Origin: Nemertoderma westbladi
Taxonomy: Eukaryota; Animalia; Xenacoelomorpha
NCBI GenBank assembly: GCA_032718475.1
Contig: JAUCBJ010004054.1
Coordinates: forward strand, 998-64,997
Reading direction: 5' to 3'
Length of the DNA: 64,000 nt
The translations under genes and the position numbers were made by a program. Below are positions 38,359 to 48,433 of the stretch, piece by piece. Numbering within the stretch: position 1 is the stretch's first letter; every line of letters starts with the position of its first letter. A model generated the notes under the pieces. The model worked only from the letters and a program-made list of their open reading frames with translations. It did not search any database and had not been told where the DNA came from.

Positions 38359-41300
38359 ATGGAGAAAGGTTACACAAATCAAGAGATCACTAACCTTCCT
38401 GTATCTCTAGACTCCCTACAGAAGAAATACAATATTGATATGGCCACTACCGTAGCTCCTCCCCCAGATAACAATAGGATACCACGAACCGACACCGACA
38501 GTGTATCAGGACAGTCAAACACCCTGTGCTTGGCAACCTTCAACTGCCAAGGATTCAAAAACTCAGCCAGTTACTTATACAACATCTTAACAGATTGTGA
38601 TATTGTGGGAATACAGGAACACTGGCTCAATGACATTGAGTCTAAAGACCTGCTAATTTCATTCCACAATGAATTCTACTGTGAGTCACTTACTAGTGAT
38701 TTAATGGGTAAGCCCTACCGCGCCAGAGGAGCTGGAGGGACAGCCCTCTTCCTACGTAAATCAATCATCCACAACTATACAAGAGTTGAGAGTGGCGACA
38801 ATATCGTGGGGGCCACATTTAACCTTATAAACAGGGAACAACAATACACAGCTCTCTCGTGTTATGGCCCTGACTCCAGTAAGGCCAATTCTATATACGA
38901 TGACTTCCTAGGAAAAATTGAGGGGATACTCCATGGGAATCAACACTCAATACCTATACTGTTGATGGATGCGAATGCCGACATTGGAGACATGCAGGGA
39001 AACAGATATAATAGATATAATGCCACCTGTCGAGGTAAACAGTTCAGTACCCTTTTAGAATCAAATGACCTTGCAGCAGTAGACACTTGGAACTCCTTCT
39101 CGGGACCATGCTACACATTCTATAGGAACAACAATCCAGTGTCGTACATAGATCATATTGTAGTTCCAACCCACATAGCTCCCACTATTTCTGGAAAAAT
39201 ATTAAAAAAGGATCTAGTTGAAAATTTATCAGATCATAGTCCGATACATGCTACGATGCAAATATTGATAGGTAGCAAATCAGAAGATGATGTTATACCA
39301 AAGAAGGCCACAATAACTATCTCAAGGCATCGATGGGACAAAGCAAGTAAAAATAATCTAGAAGATTACAAACAAGAGGTGGACCAAGGGCTGCAGAACC
39401 TTAGTCTGAAATATGGACTGGATAGTCTGGCATGGACACAGGAAAACCTCAACTCTGTATCATGCGATCTTGAACAAATTTTAAACACAGCAGCATCACA
39501 TCACATACCGAAACTTAGGAGGGTAGATATAAAAAAGTCTAAAAAGACATGGATACAGTAGAAGACACTCAAAGAAAGAACGAAAACAACAAAAGACTTA
39601 TTTAATATTTAGAACTCTGAAACAAACGCTTCCGCCAAAGGTAAAAAATGGGAAACATTCAAGGAGGCAAAGAAACTCATACGTCGGTTACACAATCACC
39701 TTGTAAAGGAAAAGATACAGCACAACTTACGACATGCTGCAATGAACCATAGACATGACCCACACAAGTTCTGGGACTTCTTCAAGAAGAAAGGGCCGCA
39801 AAGAATACCGAGATCCGTACAGGAATCGATAACAAACTCACATATCTGTTCGGCTAACATGAACCACAGCACAAATAGTAACACACAAACGGACCCAATT
39901 AGAATGGAAGTTCTAAAATTGAGTCAACAGGAGAGCATTCCTACAGTGTCACCAGACGTAATTAAACTAGCGGTGAGGCACTTGGCCAGGCGAAAGTCTC
40001 CAGATATAAACTCTGTCTGACGGTTGAACACCTGCTCCATACTGATCCAGACAAAACAACACTTCTACTAAGTAATATACTCAACTGTTGCTTCCGGCTT
40101 GGTAAGGTTCCAACGACATTTGGAAAGACAATCACAACATACAAGAGGAATACATTACAACCGAACTGGTATCGACCAATTTCCATTGTCAGCCTACTCG
40201 CAAAGGTATATGAGTACACTGTACTGAATAATTTCCTCACAGAGGTCAACACACAGGGACTCACAAGTAACTACCAATGTGGATACAAAAAAAAGGCTGG
40301 GACTGACATGGTGATTGCTTGTATACTGGAATGTATGGAATATTTCAATCAGGGTGGATCACCGCTTTACTTTTGCAAACTCGATATATCATCTGCAGTT
40401 GACGAAGTAAACCACAACATTTTATTCAATAAATTGAAAGGCAAAATTAACTCTCACATACTTCTAACCCTCATTGATTACTACTCTGTCTCCATGATAT
40501 ACCTCAAGTTTAACGGAATCATTTATGACGGTCCAATTGAAATTTATAAGGGGGTGAAACAGGGATCACTATTATTACCAACACTTTTTAATATCTACAC
40601 CTGCAATATTCTCACGAAATTAGAGGAGTCTGGACTAGGTTGTTGGATTACATCCACATGGTTAGGAGCACTATGTTACGCTGATGACATAATTTTGTTA
40701 ACTACCACTCAATCAGACATGGAGTCAATGGTTAGCATCGCGATATCGGAAGCAAACACCTTAAACTTGAAAATTGAACCCTCTAAATCCAACTGGATGC
40801 ACACATCACAAAAATCTCCCACAACTTTCATCAAAATTAATGGTGTACTGGTCCCTGAGTCAGACTCAATTAAATTTTTAGGTGTGGAAATAACCAAAAA
40901 CAAGTTCAATAATCTCTCAAGGAAATGCATCAGGGTGATATCCGCGATCGCTGGAGCTTTCCATAAAAATGGATGGTCAGTACGAAACCTGGACATCGAC
41001 ACCGTGGCTTACCTCTGGAGAATGGTTGCCATACCTGCCATCCTATATGGTCTTAAGTTCTACATAGGAGGGATGTCAGACACACAAATACATCATCTGG
41101 AGGTGCATTACCGCAAACAACTTCGGGGACTACTATCCCTGGGGACGTACGTAAACAACACAACCATTTACAACCTATTTAACTCCAACTCACTTTCTAA
41201 CCTGGCCCTAACTCATGCCATAGGGACTTTAATCAACATATATAAATGTCCCATTCCACCGGTTCAAACCACCCTACTTATCACCATGCAACTGAATAAA

Positions 41301-41423
41301 CGACGGAGATATAAAGGAGTCGGCAGTGCCTATCACCTAACCAGCAGTAGGTGTGCAATGCCGGCGCTAATGACAATGCTGACATCCAGATTTGATAAAA
41401 AAAGAATTGCATGGGAAAATTAA
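38359..41423 (+). pseudogene. LINE ORF2: APE endonuclease plus reverse transcriptase, disrupted
   Basis: APE motifs TFNCQG, IQEHWL, MDANA, SYIDHI and SDHSPI. RT motifs YRPISI, KLDISSAVDEVNH, GVKQGSLL, SGLGC...GALCYADD and KFLG. Confidence 0.92.
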
Positions 41424-42588
41424 TCTGTCTGGAGACAATTAACTTGAATTTCATTAAGAACACTTATAAGATCTCAAACATCACTTTCAACCAAAAACAC
41501 GACAGGATCATACAGTATTTCAGTAAACATAATGAACTTCTGAACGAGGACCCAAATGAAACAAACTCACCGATTTTTAATACCCAATAATGTAAATATA
41601 AACCTGATTTTATTATGAAATGCCCCTGTGCCTAGCACATTTTAAGATGTTGAATTGTACTTATAATATTATGGGTTTTATGTCAACAATAATTGTTAAT
41701 ATTGTAATTTGTCATTTTATATGATCTTATATGATTAAATACAGCAAACTCTTCCAATTTGTCTAAATCGATGGGGGCCGTGGCTGTTGTAGAACCACTA
41801 TCCTTCCACAGAGACCAAGGAGTAATTTCAGTTTCGGCAAGTTTTCATTAATTAAAAATTATTAAAATTAAAATAATAATTAAAATAATAAAACATTAAT
41901 TAAAAGTATATTTTTTAAGCTGTTTAAATTTCCTTTTTTTGTTTCTAAAGCAAATAATTATCTTGATTAAGAGTGAAAATAAAAATAATGTTCGACATTA
42001 TTTACCATGCAATAAATAATTCATGTTGTTTCTCTTTTTTATTGAATTTTACAGCTGTTTTATTTTTATTTATTAAATAAATTTAATGCAATGTTCACGT
42101 AAGTTTGTTATGTTAGAATGAGTTGTTTGGGTTGGGTTAGGTTAAAGTTGGGTTAGGTTTGGGTTAGAATTGGGTTATTGTCTTCTAGTATTTTTTTTTT
42201 ATATTGGAAAATATTCTAGAACATTATTAGATATTGTTTTATATGGTAGCTAGTGTTTTTTTAATAGCTAGTATATTTACTAGCTGGCACAAAAAAAACT
42301 AGCTACCATAGAAAATATGGTGGGTAGTGTGCCCAAAAAACAGTAGTACCCATTCACCCAAAAAAGCCCAAAAACACAAAAAATACTGGATTAAAAAATG
42401 GCAGGGGTGTCAGCAGAGCGAAGTAGTAGCCCTACCAACTAACATGTTCTAGAACATTTTAGAAATATTCACATAATTTTCACAAAATTTAGAGACTTAT
42501 GAACTCTTTCTATATTAGAGTTAGAATGTGTCATAAAATCTCATGATCCACCAATTTAATCGATTACAGTAGCTGATATGACCCAATA

Positions 42589-43722
42589 ATGGCGTCGGCA
42601 TATGATATAGAATCAGATGGTAGTAGTAGTGAATGTGATATCCCTAATAGCAACGGAATATTTAGTCGAACAACCGGGTTAACCACACCAATAGAAAGGT
42701 ATGTGGAACGGTATTTCCTTACCGGTAAGTACCCGACCGAAGATAGGTTACCCGAGGGAACGCAGATTCAGCAACTAGTAAGGTCTTCAAGACGTGATTA
42801 CACGGGGACGACCAGAAGTTATGTGTTTAAAATAATTGCTGTTGACGAATCCAACAAATCGAACACATTTTATGGCCACAACGAATCTAGCAACTATTTC
42901 AATGCAGATCTTCAAGTAGGAGTAGATCTAATCACCCTGAGGTTACTCGGGGAGAAATTTCGCTACAGTCGAAACATTACATTCAATGGAATCGGTTACC
43001 AGATCCTTGCAGAAAATAAAGTGAAAGTTTTTGTAAAAGATTCACATGAGTATAATATTCAGATTGTATTTCATTTAGAAGACAAAATGGAAACTAACTC
43101 ACTTGTGACAATTCTTAAGGAAAGGAACGTATTTCAGTGGAAATTTTATTCCAATGAAAAGGACTACGGGTTAAGGAGAAAAATAGCTAAAGCCATTACA
43201 GAACAATCGGCACCGGGATATACGAGACAGCGGCATTCTCATCGAGTTGAAACGGAACTGGGAATGTTGGATTTAAAAATAGGAACATGTATTCTTATTC
43301 CAAATATTCTTAAGGCTATGATTAACTGGGTTGAAACCTTCTGTTTGGATGTGGATAACTTGTATGTTAATCCTGGTTCAAAATACACAGTGATACTCGC
43401 CAAGGAATATGTTCTCAACAAGATAGAAGTCGATGAGCTTCCTTGTGGCCTCGCAGCCCTAGATGATGTTATACAGCGCGTTATGTGTGATGAGACATTG
43501 AAGGTTTTCTGTGTGATCCATAATGAAGCGGCCCGTTTGGGAGATAAGATTGTTATTGAACATATCAGAGAATTCTTTGGAGTTCATCTTCGTAAAGTTG
43601 CCGAACCTAAGAATAACAAACACGTTATTGTTCCAAATGTACATGTGGGTTTACTGCGGAACTTTCATTCAGACGAGGAGAGTATTGAGATTTTGAACAA
43701 GTTGTTTTCGTATATGATGTAG
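42589..43722 (+). CDS. Intronless 377-aa protein with a PH-like central region and a degenerate RhoGAP-like C-terminus
   Basis: Long ATG ORF in AT-rich DNA with a good start context (ataATGG). IPNILKAMINWVETFCLDVDNLYVNPGS and HLRKVAE resemble RhoGAP blocks. Confidence 0.7.
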   Translation: MASAYDIESDGSSSECDIPNSNGIFSRTTGLTTPIERYVERYFLTGKYPTEDRLPEGTQIQQLVRSSRRDYTGTTRSYVFKIIAVDESNKSNTFYGHNESSNYFNADLQVGVDLITLRLLGEKFRYSRNITFNGIGYQILAENKVKVFVKDSHEYNIQIVFHLEDKMETNSLVTILKERNVFQWKFYSNEKDYGLRRKIAKAITEQSAPGYTRQRHSHRVETELGMLDLKIGTCILIPNILKAMINWVETFCLDVDNLYVNPGSKYTVILAKEYVLNKIEVDELPCGLAALDDVIQRVMCDETLKVFCVIHNEAARLGDKIVIEHIREFFGVHLRKVAEPKNNKHVIVPNVHVGLLRNFHSDEESIEILNKLFSYMM

Positions 43723-44260
43723 CAAATATTATATGCACCAGAAATAGCACTGCCTGCATAAACCAATGAATCATTGACTGTTCTTACTTCTTCCAATTTT
43801 AGAAAGATGCCACATTCTTAAAAAAAATACTAAAAATTTAACGTATTTCGTACATTATTTTGGATTTTTCTTGTCGTTTCGTATTTTTTACAATAATATC
43901 AATAATAGCGGTAAAATTTCAGAAATTATTTCTGAAATGATATTCGGATCTTATTCACTTTTTTTTATCCTGTACCTGATCTTAGTAATAACATACTTTA
44001 TGGTTTGGAAAACATCTGTATTCACAAATAACAGCTTCAACTGATTTGTTCTGTTTATATTACATCCATTTCTGTTTTGATTCACCCTTTTATGAAGTTT
44101 GATATTCACAGGAAGAAACTCAGCCTGATATGGTTGAATACTTTCTCCCTAATCGTATGGATTCTATGCTGTCTGAGCCAACACTGAATAAGTCACGTTG
44201 TTTTCCTTTGTATAAACATGTAATTTTCTGAGTTACCAAAGATCAATGGGACTTGTTTGT

Positions 44261-45471
44261 TGCTACCATTGTGTTGTGCAAATACTAACGGAATTTGTGC
44301 TACCATTGTGTTGTGCAAATACTAACGGAATTGGTGCTACCATTGTGTTGTGCAAATACTAACGGAATTTGTGCTACCATTGTGTTGTGCAAATACTAAC
44401 GAAATTTGTGCTACCATATTGTGTTGTGCAAATACTAACGGAATTTGTGCTACCATTGTGTTGTACAAATACTAACGGAATTTGTGCTACCATTGTATTG
44501 TACAAATACTAACGGAATTTGTGCTACCATATTGTGTTGTGCAAATACTAACGGAATTTGTGCTACCATTGTGTTGTGCAAATACTAACGGAATTGGTGC
44601 TACCATTGTGTTGTGCAAATACTAACGAAATTTGTGCTACCATATTGTGTTGTGCAAATACTAACGGAATTTGTGCTACCATTGTGTTGTGCAAATACTA
44701 ACAGAATTTGTGCTACCATTGTGTTGTGCAAATACTAACGGAATTGGTGCTACCATTGTGTTGTGCAAATACTAACGAAATCTGTGCTACCATATTGTGT
44801 TGTGCAAATACTAACGGAATTTGTGCTACCATTGTGTTGTACAAATACTAACGGAATTTGTGCTACCATTGTATTGTACAAATACTAACGGAATTTGTGC
44901 TACCATTGTGTTGTGCAAATACTAACAGAATTTGTGCTACCATTGTGTTGTGCAAATACTAACAGAATTTGTGCTACCCTTGTGTTGTGCAAATACTAAC
45001 GGAACTTGTGCTACCATTGTGTTGTGCAAATACTAACGGAATTTGTGCTACAATTGTGTTGTGCAAATACTAACGGAATTTGTGCTACCATTGTGTTGTG
45101 CAAATACTAACGGAATTTGTGCTACCATTGTGTAGTGCAAATACTAACGGAATTTGTGCTACCATTGTGTTGTGCAAATACTAACGGAATTTGTGCTACA
45201 ATTGTGTTGTGCAAATACTAACGGAATTTGTGCTACCATTGTGTTGTGCAAATACTAACGGAATTTGTGCTACAATTGTGTTGTGCAAATACTAACGGAA
45301 TTTGTGCTACCATTGTGTTGGGCAAATACTAACGGAATTTGTACTACCATTGTGTTGTGTTAATACTAACGGAATTTGTGCTACAATTGTGTTGTGCAAA
45401 TACTAACGGAATTTGTCCTACCATTGTGTTGGGCAAATACTAACGGAATTTGTGCTACCATTGTGTTGTGC
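44261..45471. repeat. 37-bp (occasionally 39-bp) minisatellite tgctaccattgtgttgtgcaaatactaacggaatttg, about 32 copies
   Basis: Head-to-tail units with no spacers. Confidence 0.97.
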
Positions 45472-46196
45472 TTTGTCGACGATTTCTATTGGATAATAAT
45501 CAAGGTTCTTAAGATAATGGTTTATTTATTCGGAGGGAAATTCAAATTAGTTTAGCCTTCATTAGCACTCAGACAGTAGGCCTACCTGACTTTAACTTAA
45601 TTATTTTGCTACCGGTATGAAGTTGAAGTTGAAGTTTTTTATTGGACGCCAAATTATAGTAATAGTGCCTACTGTAAAACGAACACAAAGCATATTAAAA
45701 TTACGAAACATATTAAAATTGACAGCATAAATAGACATACTTAATGATCGGCCCTGCATTACATTCCAGCATTCTGACAACATTTACAACAAAATTAAAA
45801 ATAACGTTAACCTGTTAACACAGTAACACTATTGAAAAATAATATGGTGCACCTAGGATAGCCCCATGAGGTTAAACCTCGTTTCCATGGGGGTCATATT
45901 GCATAGTATCATTAGGAATTTTACTAACGGAACTGGTGCTGTATTTGTAGTGGCTATATTGCTTGGTGGTTTTATCCTGGCTCTATGTTTGTTTTCATTT
46001 TACAAACCTTTAACAAAAGGGAGCATGGATGAGGATATAGTCTCAATCTCATCTCAATCAGGTAGGCCTAGGCCTTCTACTAAGGCTTGCCCTTCACAAT
46101 AACAGGTCTCTGGTTAACAGTATTTGACAGTAATTTACTAGGAAACACAATTAATTTATTCTGCATTGTCATATTTATACTGATTTACTAAAACAA

Positions 46197-46910
46197 ATGG
46201 CAAACATTTCTGTTGGTTCAGCCTCAAAGAGTTTATCGGGATTGATCGGCCCGTCGCTATTAAACAGCGATTTATCGCAACTAGCTACTGAGGCTGCTAG
46301 GATGATTGATGCCGGCGCAGACTACCTTCATCTAGATGTGATGGACGGACACTTTGTACCGAATCTAACATTCGGTCACCCGGTCGTTAAATGTCTGCGT
46401 TCTAAGATTCCCAAATGCTACTTCGATATGCATATGATGGTTGACCGGCCGGAGCAGTGGGTGGAACCCATGGCCGACGCCGGGGCAGACCAGTACACAT
46501 TCCATTACGAGTCTACAGACAGTGTCGTCGTCCTCTCGCGGGCTATAAAAGAAGCGGGTATGATGGTTGGACTAGGAATTAAACCAAACACCCCTGTGGA
46601 GGTTATTGATGAGTTTATAGAATCCGTTGATGTTGTTCTTATAATGACGGTTGAACCAGGGTACGGGGGTCAGGCATTTATGACGGATATGTTGAATAAG
46701 GTCTCGTATCTCAGGAGGAACTACCCGTCGTTGGACGTCGAGGTAGACGGCGGAATTAGTCCGACTAACATATCGCTAGTCGCCGCCTCCGGAGCCAACA
46801 TGATCGTTTCCGGGTCCGCATTGATGCGGAGTGCCGAACCCGAACGGGACATTTTGGGTATGCGGGACGTTGTAACTGCTGAAATCAACCGAAGTAAATC
46901 CACTTACTAG
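46197..46910 (+). CDS. RPE: Ribulose-phosphate 3-epimerase, eukaryotic cytosolic type, with an uninterrupted CDS
   Basis: IGPSLLNSD, YLHLDVMDGHFVPNLTFG, FDMHMMV, YTFHYE, MTVEPGYGGQ, EVDGG and GANMIVSGS are all intact. Confidence 0.97.
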   Translation: MANISVGSASKSLSGLIGPSLLNSDLSQLATEAARMIDAGADYLHLDVMDGHFVPNLTFGHPVVKCLRSKIPKCYFDMHMMVDRPEQWVEPMADAGADQYTFHYESTDSVVVLSRAIKEAGMMVGLGIKPNTPVEVIDEFIESVDVVLIMTVEPGYGGQAFMTDMLNKVSYLRRNYPSLDVEVDGGISPTNISLVAASGANMIVSGSALMRSAEPERDILGMRDVVTAEINRSKSTY

Positions 46911-47894
46911 TCGGAACGTACTCACTAGTCGGAACGTACTCACTAGTCGGAGCGTATCACTAGTCGGAATGTACTCACTAGTCGGAACGTACTCAATAGT
47001 CGGAACGCCGTCGCTAGTCGGAACGTACTCACTAGTCGGAACGTACTCACTAGTCGGAACGCCGTCACTAGTCGGAACGTACTCAATAGTCGGAACGTAC
47101 TTACTAGTCGGAACGTACTTACTAGTCGGAACGTACTCACTAGTCGGAACGCCGTCACTAGTCGGAACGTACTCACGAGTCGGAACGTACTCACTAGTCG
47201 GAACGCCGTCACTAATCGGAACGTACTTACTAGTCGGAACGTACTCACCTGTCGGAACGCCATCACTAGTCGGAACGTACTCACTAGTGGGAACGTACTC
47301 ACTAGAGGGAACGTACTCACTAGTCGGAACGCCATCACTAACGGAACGTACTCACTAGTCGGATCGCCATCACTAGTTGGGACGTACTCACTAGTCGGAA
47401 CGCCATCACTAGTCGGAACGTACTCACTAGTCGGAATGTACTCACTAGTCGGAACGTACTCACTAGTCGGAATGTACTCACGAGTTGGAACGTGCTCACT
47501 AGTCGAAACGTTCTCACTAGTCGGAACGCCATCACTAGTCGGAACGTACTCAACTAGTCGGAACGTACTCACTAGTCGGAACGTACTCACTAGTCGGAAC
47601 GCCGTCACTAGTCGGAACGTACTCACTAGTCGGAACGCCGTCACTAGTCGGAACGTACTCACTAGTCGAAATGTACTCGCAAGTCGGAACGTCCTCACTA
47701 GTCGGAACGTACTCACTAGTCGGAACGTACTCACTAGTGGGAACGTACTCACTAGTCGGAACGTACTCACTAGTCGGAACGCCATCACTAGTCGGAACGT
47801 ACTTACTAGTCGGAACGTACTCACTAGTCGGAATGTACGCACTAGTCGGAATGTACTCACTAGTCGGAACGTACTCATGGAACGTACTCCCTAG
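46902..47894. repeat. 18-bp minisatellite actagtcggaacgtactc, about 55 copies
   Basis: Tandem units. The first unit overlaps the RPE stop codon. Confidence 0.97.
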
Positions 47895-48433
47895 ATCGCG
47901 CTCATTAATTCGCGCAGTCATGTAAACTCGTGGAAAACGGGATAACTTGTGGTTAACTTGTGGTTAAATGTTCTGCTTGTAAAAAGTGCCAAAACATAAT
48001 AATTAATTGTCGTTTGTAAGATAATTTTTTAACGTCCATCAGCTGAACTGATTTTAAATTATTATTAATAATTAATATGTACTGCTAGTGCCTGGTGCTA
48101 CAGTAGGTTAATATTAACTATATACGTTATTGTTCATAAAATAGCACTTTATAGCTTTACGGCACGGGTGATTTTGTAACAAAACGAGGGCCGTAAAAGC
48201 TTTTATTCCAAAATTGTAACATTACTCAACGCCGTTAGTATTAACAGCGAGTTGTTATTTAGCACTTTACAACTTTAGAGGACATTACAGCATAGCATTG
48301 TATTGGCCTAATGGCTCCAAACGCCACCATAAATATAAGCTAACTTATTTATAACACAATTTATGTAATTTTTACATTTATTTATATACTGCAACTAATA
48401 TAATTTATGCAGTTTCTATCACTTGTAATGTAT

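Larger units (their letters stand above)
33100..41700 (+). mobile_element. Long APE-type non-LTR retrotransposon (RTEX-like), degenerate; boundaries approximate
   Basis: An extended ORF1 region ending FWPQGITCREW, followed by APE and RT on the same strand with a consistent A/C-rich composition. Confidence 0.75.

Noticed and set aside
42125-42180. Telomere-like (GGTTA/GGGTT) repeats
   Set aside because: The tract is short, degenerate and internal; such tracts are common in invertebrate transposons.
44261-45471. 37-bp repeats of CRISPR-like length
   Set aside because: The units are head-to-tail without unique spacers, there are no cas genes, and the context is eukaryotic.
46197-46910. Bacterial horizontal transfer of rpe
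   Set aside because: The sequence has eukaryotic cytosolic-type features (IGPS.LN.D, FGHPVV, DMHMMV, QYTFH).
46943-47925. VSTFRL, VGTYSL and EYVPTS repeat ORFs
   Set aside because: These are artefacts of an 18-bp unit that is stop-free in several frames.
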